The notes below the pieces were generated by a model. It saw nothing but the letters and a program-made list of their open reading frames with translations. It searched no databases and was not told the origin of the DNA. The position numbers and the translations under genes are program-made. Positions 27,651-37,071 of a stretch of DNA of 64,000 nucleotides are shown here, one piece after another; position 1 is the first letter of the stretch; each line of letters starts with the position of its first letter. Source of the DNA: a virus; the IMG/VR virus record IMGVR_UViG_3300031772_000003, positions 1 to 64,000 of that record; one strand, given 5' to 3'.

Positions 27651-28400
27651 TCAGTTCCCCAGCGGAAGATCACCGAGCACATACTTGAAGATGCCTGCGG
27701 CGATCTTCTCGGTGGCATGGGTGGCCGCATTGGCGGCGGCAAGCGCGGTCTTGACGGCCTCGCGGAGTTTGTCCAGGCGACCGAGCATGCCTGACTTCTC
27801 GGCGTTGGAGATGGCACCCGACCAGATGCGCGTGGTGAACGTCCCGACCTGCACGTCCTCTGCCCAAGTGTTCACTTGGGCGGGGTGGTGATCGGTCGCG
27901 GGCACCACGACTTGGCTCTTGGGCACCTTCGCCGTGCGGTATTGCTCCACGGGCAGGGAGACCCGCACACCTGGGCCGATGTCGCTGGCGGTCCATGCTA
28001 CCTTGCTCTCGATAACGGGCGCGGCGGCGATGATCTCACGCAGTTCAGCGAGCCTCTTGTCGAGTTGCAGGAGTGCCGTTCCGGGTATATTCTCGATGCT
28101 GAGACCGTCGCAGTGGATGCCGGCTTTCGCCGTCGTGTTCGTCACATCGACTTGATAGCCCGCATCGATCAGTGGGCCTGCGGCTGCGATGAACTCAGCG
28201 ATGTCGCTGCCCACCGTTGCGGCCATTTCCTCACGCTGGTCGGGGAGCTTCTCCCCATCCTCTCGCATGGGCCTGTACGTTTTCTCGACGCCTCTGTAAC
28301 GGTGATCTTCTCCGAAGCGCCGCTTGACTACCTCGGCCGCGGTTTGTGCCGCACGCTTCCTCTCGGGAATCACTGCCAACACCTCGTGCAACTGACCCAT
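27651..28400 (-). CDS. conserved coiled-coil protein (DUF7873-like, from memory)
   Basis: QLHEVLAV, G.EKTYRP..EDGEKLP, ALLQLDKRL, RTAKVP, ATDHHPAQV...EDVQVG...WSGA; AGGAG RBS. Confidence 0.75.
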   Translation of the reverse strand: MGQLHEVLAVIPERKRAAQTAAEVVKRRFGEDHRYRGVEKTYRPMREDGEKLPDQREEMAATVGSDIAEFIAAAGPLIDAGYQVDVTNTTAKAGIHCDGLSIENIPGTALLQLDKRLAELREIIAAAPVIESKVAWTASDIGPGVRVSLPVEQYRTAKVPKSQVVVPATDHHPAQVNTWAEDVQVGTFTTRIWSGAISNAEKSGMLGRLDKLREAVKTALAAANAATHATEKIAAGIFKYVLGDLPLGN

Positions 28401-28500
28401 CACTTCGCTCCTGCTAACCGGTTTGCCTGACACTGGTGGGGGGCGTCACGAGCACCCACGCCATTACCATAGTCGTTTGGAGCAAGCACCAGAGCACAAA

Positions 28501-28773
28501 CTACTCCTCATCAGCCTCTTCGTCTTGGTCGTTGTCTTCCTGAAGAAAGTCGAGATGATTCTCAATCTCCTGCCACCACGCCGAGAAGACCCGCTCGAAA
28601 TCATCCCGAAGGTCGACGTCGACCTTGCCATCATTGTCGATCTCATCCCCGATGTCGATGGCACTGGGGACTGTGATCCGAACCCCGCTGACCACCACCT
28701 CCTTATCATCGAGGAGTTGGAGGAACTGGCAGGGGCTCAACTCGATGTCCTTGATCTTGTCCTTTGGGGTCAT
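28501..28773 (-). CDS. small acidic hypothetical protein
   Basis: D/E-rich; AGGAG upstream. Confidence 0.65.
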   Translation of the reverse strand: MTPKDKIKDIELSPCQFLQLLDDKEVVVSGVRITVPSAIDIGDEIDNDGKVDVDLRDDFERVFSAWWQEIENHLDFLQEDNDQDEEADEE

Positions 28774-28776
28774 CTA

Positions 28777-29706
28777 TCATTCTCCTTTGCCTGCTGCGGT
28801 TCGGAGCGCACTGAGCCGTGACAGCAAATCCTCGGATCGCGGGGCGCGCCAGCCAATGGCCCCTGCACCCCCTGTCCGCACATTGTTCAGAGACCAGTCG
28901 TCACCATCCGCGCCATTATTGAGTACGAACCAGATGTAGTCGGGGCCAACAACCCACCAGGAACCTCCACCATAGATGGTCTGCGTGTCAAACCACCTCT
29001 CCCCTTCTGGGGAGTTACTACCCTCTGGCCTCTCGCCACGCTCCCTAACTTCTTGCTCCAGGGCTCGAAGCGTCGTGGATCGTACCGTGGCGGCATCCCT
29101 ACGCTGCCGCTGAGCGTCCTCCTGTGCTCTTAGGGGAGTCATCTCGTCCTCAGTTGCAGCCCTCGCGGTGGCCCAGTAGGCGTAGCCACTTTGGTCCCCA
29201 ACCCCAAAACTCATCCCGTCCTCCCTGTAGTAACGCTGGCCGGTAGTGACGACGGTGACATACTCCGGCCCAGTATCATCGTAGGCACTACGTAGTAAGA
29301 AACACTTCTTGCAGTACGGCTTAGGTTGGATGCCGGGCCGTTTGCCCATTTCGCTTGGTTCAGTCATCCCCCACTCATGTTCGCCCTTCTTGCATGGGCG
29401 TCGATCGGGGTTGCGCACGGTTTGGCCGACATCCCAACCTGCGTCCCCATAGCCGCTGCCCCCACTCAACCTATACGGGCCCTCTACTGTGGCAGATTGG
29501 GGCTGAGCTCGGGGGGCCACTGAGGAGGGCGCGGGTTCGACTTGGGGTTCGGGGCAGCGGATATGGCTGGCCCGCTTGCCCGGCTCCCAGTTGATCTTGT
29601 CGCCGATGTTGATGTCGCCACCACAGCGGGGGCATCGCCCAGGGTATCGTGCGGACATCTCCCGCTCCAGCAGCCTGTCCACTGCCTTTTTGGTCAAATC
29701 GTCCAT
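28777..29706 (-). CDS. Zn-ribbon protein with MDDLTKKAVDRLLE leader
   Basis: ARYPGRCPRCG..I..GDKI.W...H..C domain; paralogous N-terminus with 29840..30544. Confidence 0.75.
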   Translation of the reverse strand: MDDLTKKAVDRLLEREMSARYPGRCPRCGGDINIGDKINWEPGKRASHIRCPEPQVEPAPSSVAPRAQPQSATVEGPYRLSGGSGYGDAGWDVGQTVRNPDRRPCKKGEHEWGMTEPSEMGKRPGIQPKPYCKKCFLLRSAYDDTGPEYVTVVTTGQRYYREDGMSFGVGDQSGYAYWATARAATEDEMTPLRAQEDAQRQRRDAATVRSTTLRALEQEVRERGERPEGSNSPEGERWFDTQTIYGGGSWWVVGPDYIWFVLNNGADGDDWSLNNVRTGGAGAIGWRAPRSEDLLSRLSALRTAAGKGE

Positions 29707-30618
29707 CGCCTGCTCCTAGAAAGCCCCCACAGCGAGCAACGGTGGCCCGCAGGGGCGTCCGTGGGCCTCAAGTGGACCTCGTCCTTGATCTTGTCCTTCT
29801 TCGTCACGGGTACTCTCCTTTTTTTTGCCACGGGGGGTATTAGAATGCGATCAGCCGCGAGATTGCCCTGTTCCCGCACAGGATACGCGAGCCTGATTCA
29901 TCGTAGGCCCCCCACCCCTGCCTGATCGTCAGGGGAAGCGTTCCTGGTTTCGCACCGGCGACATGGGCGCAGAGTGGCTCCGCTTCATCGTCCACAAACC
30001 AACCCGGGTTCCCACCCATCCAGCCTCGCGCCTCCCAGCGCTTCCGGCAGCGGACACAGCGGACCGTGAATCGATCACTCGGCAAAGGGCGCGCGATCCG
30101 GGCGATGTCCTCGATGGCGGCCCCCAGGTAGACCCAGGAGTCACACTGGGCCCAATCCTCGTCCTGGTGGTGGCCACCTACAATGGCCTCACCCGAGCGC
30201 AGGATGGTCAACTCCTCCCACCCCCCGCTTGCGAGCATGGTCGCCAGGACATCCTGTGGGTTATCCAGGTCAACCTGCTTCCGCACCGTGGGTTGCGGGA
30301 AAACGGGCCGCGAGGCGGTTGAGGTCCGAGGCTCCTCAGCCTCGCCGGGCTCAGCCGAGTCGTCCACGTCCGGCTCGTCCGGTGGGTCGCAGCATGCAGC
30401 GTGCCTGGCCTTCTGTCCAGGTTCCCAGACAATAGCGTCTCCAACCTCGATGTAGTCGCCACACTCGGGGCAGCGACTGGCGTACTTTGCCTGCATGCGG
30501 CGTTCGAGGAGCCTGCCCACTGCCTTTTTGGTCAAATCGTCCATCGCCTGCTCCTAGAAAGCCCCCACAGCGAGCAACGGTGGCCCGCAGGGGCGTCCGT
30601 GGGCCTCAAGTGGACCTC
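29679..30618. repeat. 102-bp perfect direct repeat (29679-29780 and 30517-30618)
   Basis: Identical 5' leader and first codons of two paralogous genes. Confidence 0.95.
29840..30544 (-). CDS. Zn-ribbon protein with MDDLTKKAVGRLLE leader
   Basis: AKYASRCPECG..I..GD.I.W...H..C; second CVRC. Confidence 0.75.
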   Translation of the reverse strand: MDDLTKKAVGRLLERRMQAKYASRCPECGDYIEVGDAIVWEPGQKARHAACCDPPDEPDVDDSAEPGEAEEPRTSTASRPVFPQPTVRKQVDLDNPQDVLATMLASGGWEELTILRSGEAIVGGHHQDEDWAQCDSWVYLGAAIEDIARIARPLPSDRFTVRCVRCRKRWEARGWMGGNPGWFVDDEAEPLCAHVAGAKPGTLPLTIRQGWGAYDESGSRILCGNRAISRLIAF

Positions 30619-30657
30619 TGCTACCTCACGGGGGCCGCGAGGCCCGTGTACGGCCTT

Positions 30658-30686
30658 AGTATAGCACACCAGCCTGTGGGGGTCAA
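30658..30686 (-). promoter_or_regulatory. sigma70-type promoter
   Basis: TTGACC-17 nt-TATACT with extended TG(n), intergenic. Confidence 0.75.
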
Positions 30687-30687
30687 G

Positions 30688-31350
30688 CTACTTGTCCTGT
30701 TTCTCAGACTCCTTGACCCCATCCCTCCCGGCAGCCGTGAGGGGAGGCAGGTACTTGATGAGCAGCTTGAAGGTCACAGGCTCGTCAGCCTTGACTCGTG
30801 ACGGTTTGGTAATACAGAGGCAGTACTTGCCGGGGCCTCTGTCAATCTTGGTCACGGTGACTTGGCCTCTCACCTCGTAGCTCACCACGCCCGCCATGGC
30901 GGGAGGCTGGGGGAGGGTCTTTGAGCGAAAGTCGCCATCATCCTTCCATGCGGGCTCGTCTGGTATGCCGTTGAGCGTGATGTCCACGATGGGATGTCCC
31001 GACCTACGCCATTCCATCCCTGAACGGGACAAGTGCAATTCGACGTGATCTCCGCGCAGGGTCGCCACGATCAACAAGCTCTTGGCTTCCCTCTTGGGGG
31101 CTATGGTGCGGTACTGCTTCGTCACGGCGAGGCGGGACTCGATGTCCGCGATGAGAGCCTTGTCGTCCTGGACCTTCGCCTTGGTCAGGAGCGACTCCAG
31201 CCCGTTGGCATAGTCCCGGTCCAACTCCCGGAGTTGGCCCGGGAGAGGGAGTTCCGCGGGTACTCCTGCTGGCTGGGCCCGCAGGGCAGAAATGAGTCCC
31301 AGTAGGATAGTGAGGCACAGCAGTTTACGCATCTCATTCCCCTTCGCCAT
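30688..31350 (-). CDS. putative exported protein
   Basis: Signal-peptide-like MRKLLCLTILLGLISALRA. Confidence 0.65.
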   Translation of the reverse strand: MAKGNEMRKLLCLTILLGLISALRAQPAGVPAELPLPGQLRELDRDYANGLESLLTKAKVQDDKALIADIESRLAVTKQYRTIAPKREAKSLLIVATLRGDHVELHLSRSGMEWRRSGHPIVDITLNGIPDEPAWKDDGDFRSKTLPQPPAMAGVVSYEVRGQVTVTKIDRGPGKYCLCITKPSRVKADEPVTFKLLIKYLPPLTAAGRDGVKESEKQDK

Positions 31351-31363
31351 AGTATTCTCTCCT

Positions 31364-31380
31364 CCCACCCCTAGAATCAA
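31364..31380 (-). promoter_or_regulatory. conserved upstream motif, copy 7
   Basis: TTGATTCTAGGGGTGGG; its TGA is the stop codon of the radical SAM gene. Confidence 0.75.
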
Positions 31381-32180
31381 GTCGGGCCGTATCTGGTTAG
31401 GGCCGGTGGGCCGGTGGCCTCAAACTTAGCCAAGGCTCGCTCCCATGAGGGAGAGACTTGTGGATGTGCCAGGCTCTGTATCGCAGGCTCAATCCCATTG
31501 TATACCCCGCAGAGTGGGCAAGCCTCCTGTAGGATAGCTTCCAGATGCTCTGGGGTCACTTGCCGCAGCACTTTGACCCCCCAGTCTCCGCCGAATACCC
31601 TATCAATTGCGGCGGCTGGGGCACAGGGATAGAAGCCTGCGTAGTTGAGCCCGAAACCGCACTTCCCGGAGGCATAGCAGCCGCGACAATGATGTTTAGT
31701 TGGCCATGATGGTCTGTCACACGGGGCCAATGTAACCGCAAAGTGCTGTTCGGTGGGGCCGTTGATCTTTTGCGTATTCCGAACACCTACACTGGGGCAC
31801 TGTTCCCTTAGCCACTCAATCTCCTGTTCCACCTTCTGGCCCACCCCGCGCGTCACGACCAGTATGTCAACATGATCGGGTGACCGGGCTTGGTAGGCTA
31901 CTGTTTCTGCAACGATGGCATGGAGTTGTGGGTGGAGCGTCGGTTCCCCTCCCATGAGAGCTATTCGCTGCCACAAGTGTCCGGACTGCTCGGACTCGTG
32001 CAGAGCATACTTTAGCTGCTCCACATCCATATCGGCCTCATGGCCAGCCCGCGCAAGTCCTGTGATGCGGTTGCAGTCGACGCAGTTATGTCCACACACA
32101 TAGGTAATATCGATCTCAAGGCGGTGGGGGTTAAGCCAAGCCTGCGTAGAGTATGGAATCATTGTAAGACTCCCAACCAC
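31377..32180 (-). CDS. radical SAM protein
   Basis: CGHNCVDC, MGGEPTLHP, C-terminal Cys cluster (CG...YPC...CPLCG). Confidence 0.88.
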   Translation of the reverse strand: MVGSLTMIPYSTQAWLNPHRLEIDITYVCGHNCVDCNRITGLARAGHEADMDVEQLKYALHESEQSGHLWQRIALMGGEPTLHPQLHAIVAETVAYQARSPDHVDILVVTRGVGQKVEQEIEWLREQCPSVGVRNTQKINGPTEQHFAVTLAPCDRPSWPTKHHCRGCYASGKCGFGLNYAGFYPCAPAAAIDRVFGGDWGVKVLRQVTPEHLEAILQEACPLCGVYNGIEPAIQSLAHPQVSPSWERALAKFEATGPPALTRYGPT

Positions 32181-33220
32181 GCGGTCCGAAACACATCCAA
32201 TCCCATCTCCCGCATCGCTTTAGCTCTGGCAGCCTGCCCCATGGCTACACGCTCCTTTGGGTTATCCCGCAGCCACTTGAGCCTATCTATGAATTGCTGT
32301 CGGTCACCATATGGTACGAGGAAGCCCGTTATCCCGTCCTCGACTTGCTCCACGTTGCCTCCGCGGGCCTCAGAGACCACGGGGATGGCCGCGGCCATCA
32401 TCTCAGCTATCGCCAGGGAATAACCCTCCACGAAATGCTCTGCATTCCTGTAAATCGCGCAGTCCATCTGCTGTAAATAGCCAAACCTGGCCGTGATCGA
32501 TGGGGGTACGAAGGAGACCTTGCCTAGAAGCCCCCTGGCCCTGAACTGTTCTTTGGGGGTATCTCCCACAATGATCCCCCGAGTGGCCGTTGATATGACA
32601 GACTCGAATATCTCTGCGAGGTCACTGGGGTACTTCTCGGGCAGATCACTGCCGTAACGTCCAATGACGCATGACCCGAGCCGTGCAGGATCATCCTGGG
32701 CAAGCTTAGTGGCTGTGATTGAGCCCACATCGACACAGCCATGTATGAGCGTTGCTTTGTCCCGAAGGGGGGGCGGGAGGGTCTGCAGTCCCGCAGCACA
32801 GACACAAACATGGTTGTGCATGCCAGCTACCCAACCCGGCCTGGGGTTGTGGTAAACCGCTGTGTACTTGGGCCCAGGAGTAGAAAGCCTTGATGGGATA
32901 CGGCTCAAGTCGTTCCACGCATGGTTGACTACGGCATCGGGCCGAAGACTCGCCACATGAGCACAGACACAGTGGTCCCTGGCTTGGTACACCTTAGCTC
33001 CTGCTTGAAGCAGGGCTTGGCGCATGGTCTCATCGGTCCAGTTGCTGTCGATGATGATATGGTGGTCCCACTCATAGAGTGCCCTTACCATGTGGGCGAC
33101 GTAACTCTCGGCTCCACCGATGACTAGGAATTGAAGGTAATGGAGGCAGATACCACCGGTTCCCCGTTGAGTGGAGCGCTCCCGCCACGATTCATCCCAT
33201 TGGGGCCAGGGGGCATTCAC
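32159..33220 (-). CDS. glycosyltransferase, GT4 family
   Basis: GGAESY; EGYSLAIAEMMAAAIPVV...GGNVEQVEDGITGFLV. Confidence 0.92.
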   Translation of the reverse strand: MNAPWPQWDESWRERSTQRGTGGICLHYLQFLVIGGAESYVAHMVRALYEWDHHIIIDSNWTDETMRQALLQAGAKVYQARDHCVCAHVASLRPDAVVNHAWNDLSRIPSRLSTPGPKYTAVYHNPRPGWVAGMHNHVCVCAAGLQTLPPPLRDKATLIHGCVDVGSITATKLAQDDPARLGSCVIGRYGSDLPEKYPSDLAEIFESVISTATRGIIVGDTPKEQFRARGLLGKVSFVPPSITARFGYLQQMDCAIYRNAEHFVEGYSLAIAEMMAAAIPVVSEARGGNVEQVEDGITGFLVPYGDRQQFIDRLKWLRDNPKERVAMGQAARAKAMREMGLDVFRTAWLGVLQ

Positions 33221-35395
33221 CTACCATCTCCTCGCAGTCTCGGCATACCAACTCCCCATTTCCACATCCAAGACAAAATCGAAATACTTGAGGTACTGTG
33301 GGATCACGGCGTCGATGGAGTAGAGCCTGATGGCCCGCTCTCGTATGTAGATGGGGTCAAGCTCGGGGACATGGAGGAGGGCGTAACTGAACTCCGACAT
33401 GGTACGGCACCGGAAACCGGTCTTGCCGGGCTCGACTACCTCACTGAAGCTCCCCCAGTCTGTGGATATTACCGGCACCCCTGCCATTTGGCTCTCCGCA
33501 GCCACGAGACAGAACGGTTCCTGGTAGATTGATGGGGTGAAAACAGCGATGGCATTTGCGATCACCTTAGCTTTTTCTGCCCCTACGAGCCCATCATGGT
33601 ATGCCCTAAGCTTAACTTTGTGCTTGTCACAGACCTGTTGGGCAATGTACTCGCCTTTATCGACGTTGTTGCGCCCAATGAACAGGGCGTAATCCCCGGT
33701 TTTGTGTTCCGCTGGTGGGTAGTCACTGGGATCGAGGAAGTGGGGAATCACGGTGTCGAACCACTTGTAGCGCTCCGTTCGTCCGGGGTCTGTGGCATAA
33801 AGGATGGTCTGCTGGGCATAGCTTGGAAAGACCTTGTACGTGGCCCAGACCGAGGGGTAACCGGCCAGCACCTCGATGATAGGTGGCATGGCATAGGAGT
33901 GGACCCCTGCATGGGCCCAACCGTAAGTGGACGCCGCGATCTGCCGCCAGTTTTGGGCGTGGCTTACACCCATTGCGAACGCCGCGGAAAGCCGCTTGGT
34001 GTACTCCTCATGCCATTCATTGTTCCATGCCCATGTGCTTGCTGTTGGCAATCCGAGGCTCACGAATTGCCCCCCCTCCGGCACTTTAGATCCCTCAATG
34101 CCGTAGTAGGAGTAGGGAACGTGGGCGCGGGAGAGGAGGCGGCAGAACAGGGCGGCGCAAGCAAGTTGGGCGTCACTGGGGGCCGCCAGGATGTCCAGTG
34201 GAAGCGTAGGGTGCCCAAAAACATGGACGGATAGTGGAGGGGTTGCGGTTAGATGTGTAGTTACGGATATGCTACCCGAGATTTCACTTCTGCCTCCTTG
34301 CTGGTACGCAATGGGGGGTTGGGTTGCATATTTCTCTACTCCCACAAGCCTGCACAAACAAGCATCGTTGATGGCTCTGGGCTGGGCCTCCTCCCATTCC
34401 CGCAGCACGGCCTCGTATGCTCCCTGGAACACGATGTAGGCAATACCACCCATAAAGCCCTGCCCCTTGATGAGATGGGTGGAATACTGCTGCTGATTGC
34501 CGCGATTGAAACCACCGAGGTAAAGCAGACCAGCCGTTGCTGGGGCCTCTGCGAGGGCCTGGGGGATTACGGCCACGGCCTCTGGGGTGAAAGCCGCGTC
34601 GTCCTCCAACACCAGGACCGCGGGGTATCCTCGGCGCTGAGCTTCACGGACGACCCCGATGTGGGAGAGCAAACAACCGTACATCCCAGCCCTGGTTGCT
34701 CCACCCTGCCGGGGTGGATCGAAGCCAGAGGGTACATCGGCATCCTCGATGATGATGCCTGGGAAGCGCTCCAAGGTGAGGAGCGGCCCTACGGTATCTC
34801 GAACCCTGGCTAGGAAGGAATCTTTACGGTCGGGGCTGCGAGCAAGATTGATGTAGAACGCTGGTAGGGGACATCGGACCCCACACTTCGGCAGCTTCCC
34901 ATGAGGATAAAGCCAGATGAGCGAATTGCGGCGCTCAAACTGCAGGCCAGTCTCGGTGACGGTCTTTATAACCCCCACGAACCCTAAGATGTAATCATGG
35001 AATACAGCAACGCCACCGGGGGCCACAAGCGCCGTCCACCTCTCGTAGTCGGCTTTGCAGGCAGCATAGTGGTGGTCGGCATCGATGAGAAGGAGGGCAA
35101 TCGGCCCTGTGGGAAGCGGAACTTCCTGAGTCTTGCCGCAAAGTGCTTGGATATTGTGGTAGGGGGCCGTGGTGTCTTGGAACTCCATGAGTTGGTTGGG
35201 TCTCTCTATATTATCAAATGTGTCCACTGCGATGATGATGCGCTCAGGGGCGGTCTGGGCCAGCATGACCGTGGTTCGCCCAAGGAAGCAACCCAACTCC
35301 ACGATGCACCCTGGGATGTCCTTTACCCCCTCCACGAGTTGGAGAAGTTGCTCGATCTCATCGGGGGCCAAGCTCCACATCACGTCATCTGCCAC
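33221..35395 (-). CDS. trifunctional SAM-methyltransferase + GT25-like + GT4 glycosyltransferase
   Basis: VELGCFLGRT/IDADH/FHDY (MTase); YINLARSPDR/GCLLSH/VLEDDA (GT25); EPFCLVAAESQMAGVPVI (GT4). Confidence 0.9.
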   Translation of the reverse strand: MADDVMWSLAPDEIEQLLQLVEGVKDIPGCIVELGCFLGRTTVMLAQTAPERIIIAVDTFDNIERPNQLMEFQDTTAPYHNIQALCGKTQEVPLPTGPIALLLIDADHHYAACKADYERWTALVAPGGVAVFHDYILGFVGVIKTVTETGLQFERRNSLIWLYPHGKLPKCGVRCPLPAFYINLARSPDRKDSFLARVRDTVGPLLTLERFPGIIIEDADVPSGFDPPRQGGATRAGMYGCLLSHIGVVREAQRRGYPAVLVLEDDAAFTPEAVAVIPQALAEAPATAGLLYLGGFNRGNQQQYSTHLIKGQGFMGGIAYIVFQGAYEAVLREWEEAQPRAINDACLCRLVGVEKYATQPPIAYQQGGRSEISGSISVTTHLTATPPLSVHVFGHPTLPLDILAAPSDAQLACAALFCRLLSRAHVPYSYYGIEGSKVPEGGQFVSLGLPTASTWAWNNEWHEEYTKRLSAAFAMGVSHAQNWRQIAASTYGWAHAGVHSYAMPPIIEVLAGYPSVWATYKVFPSYAQQTILYATDPGRTERYKWFDTVIPHFLDPSDYPPAEHKTGDYALFIGRNNVDKGEYIAQQVCDKHKVKLRAYHDGLVGAEKAKVIANAIAVFTPSIYQEPFCLVAAESQMAGVPVISTDWGSFSEVVEPGKTGFRCRTMSEFSYALLHVPELDPIYIRERAIRLYSIDAVIPQYLKYFDFVLDVEMGSWYAETARRW

Positions 35396-35433
35396 GACAT
35401 GTCTCCTCTACATTCCCTCTAACAGTCGTTGCC

Positions 35434-37053
35434 TCACTTGGCACCATGTTCTCGGAACGAAGCCCAAAAGTCCAAGTAACGCTGGGCCTCTTTGGGTGTG
35501 TATTCTACAAACCTGCCCTCTGCTCCCAAACGGACGCCGCAGAGAAGAACAAGTAGGGCTGGCCGGCTTGCGGCTGCGCCCCACGCGAGAGTGATCTCGC
35601 CTCCACGGACTTCACACCCTGGGATTCCGTCACACCACTCCGTAGGCTGGACACTCACGACTCGGATCGTCCCAGGCACACATGCTTCTACGAAGAGAGG
35701 GTCAATGGCTGCCCGCACCGAACCGCTCGGGACCGTCATGACCTCCATGAACCGCGACTCCGGCATCTCCATAGGGGTCAAAGCGCGCAACCGCCCACCG
35801 AGCCGCATTACATAAGGACCCTTATCACCCTTTGGACCACTAGGCCCGGATGGGCCGGATGGACCGGAGGGTCCGCTAGGACCCGAGGGTCCTGACAAAC
35901 CGGAGGGTCCGCTGGGACCCGATGGGCCGGATGGACCGGAGGGTCCGCTAGGACCCGAGGGTCCTGACAAACCGGAGGGTCCGCTAGGACCCGAGGGTCC
36001 TGACAAACCGGAGGGTCCGCTAGGACCCGAAGGCCCGGATGGACCCTCGGGTCCTGACAAACCGGAGGGTCCGCTAGGACCCTCCGGCCCGGCTGGGCCG
36101 GATGGGCCGGGTGGCCCAACCTGCTTCCCTACCGCCTCGCAGCTTATTTGGCATGTCTGCGCTTGGCAGGCCCATACTTGGCATGCGTTCTCACAGGCAA
36201 AAGTGCATGATGCGGCTTGGCATGCGGCTTCGCACACGGCTTGGCATCGGATGATGCACTGGGTCTGGCACGTCTGCTCCACTATGGTCTGACAGACCAA
36301 CTGGCAGAATGCACCCTCGCAACCCAACTGACAGTATCCCTGGCAGTTGGCTTGGCATGCAGTAATACAATCGATGGTCACGGCTAGGGTAGTGAGGATT
36401 GGCCCATGTGTGTCGGTGAAGCTGCCCGAGACAGAACTGCCCAACAGCGTCTCGGTCGGGACCGGGATCGTCGTCGGCAACTCGCTAAGCCACTGCCAGC
36501 ACCGCAGAATGACGTGGATGGGCCGGACCGATTCGATGGCCGTGACTTTTTCCCTGGCATCGGCGACGGGCAGGTACGCGGGGAGGCCCGCGACCATCCT
36601 GTAAAGATCGAAACGGGCGGCGCGCAGTGTATGGGCGTAGTCCAGAGTGCGGGAGTAGTCCCCATCCTCGTGGAGCGTAGTCTTGTAGAGTTCCCATGCC
36701 TTGATGCGGTCGTTGAGGCTCCACAAGAACGTCTTGTCCCAGGAGGGGTGCGTCCCCTTGATCTTGTAGAAGTAGGTCACGTTCTTGAGGAACCAGCGGC
36801 GGAAATCCTCCGCCTTCTCACTACCTGTGAGGGCTCCGATGAGGTAGGAGAGGTAGAGGATGTACTTGGCATCGCAGTAGTCGGGGTCGAAACACTTGAG
36901 CAGGAGTTGGCCGATCTCTGTGTTTGTAGTCTCAAACTCGGTCTGGATCGCGTCGAGGACGCGCTCCAGGTTGCCGGTTTCCCCAAAGCCGCCAGCCGCA
37001 AATTTGTCTCTGGCACGGATCACTTCAGGCAAAAGGCGATATAGACTAACCAC
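35434..37053 (-). CDS. baseplate/tail protein (gpI-like N-domain) + CxxxC array + collagen-like segment
   Basis: [24 protein letters not shown] domain; 18 Cys in 77 aa; GPS/GLS triplets. Confidence 0.8.
   Translation of the reverse strand: MVSLYRLLPEVIRARDKFAAGGFGETGNLERVLDAIQTEFETTNTEIGQLLLKCFDPDYCDAKYILYLSYLIGALTGSEKAEDFRRWFLKNVTYFYKIKGTHPSWDKTFLWSLNDRIKAWELYKTTLHEDGDYSRTLDYAHTLRAARFDLYRMVAGLPAYLPVADAREKVTAIESVRPIHVILRCWQWLSELPTTIPVPTETLLGSSVSGSFTDTHGPILTTLAVTIDCITACQANCQGYCQLGCEGAFCQLVCQTIVEQTCQTQCIIRCQAVCEAACQAASCTFACENACQVWACQAQTCQISCEAVGKQVGPPGPSGPAGPEGPSGPSGLSGPEGPSGPSGPSGPSGLSGPSGPSGPSGLSGPSGPSGPSGPSGPSGPSGPSGLSGPSGPSGPSGPSGPSGPSGPKGDKGPYVMRLGGRLRALTPMEMPESRFMEVMTVPSGSVRAAIDPLFVEACVPGTIRVVSVQPTEWCDGIPGCEVRGGEITLAWGAAASRPALLVLLCGVRLGAEGRFVEYTPKEAQRYLDFWASFREHGAK
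35815..36117. repeat. collagen-like Gly-X-Y coding repeats (Ser-rich)
   Basis: About 33 consecutive G-X-Y triplets, mostly GPS. Confidence 0.95.
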
Positions 37054-37071
37054 GACTCTGTACCCCTACAG

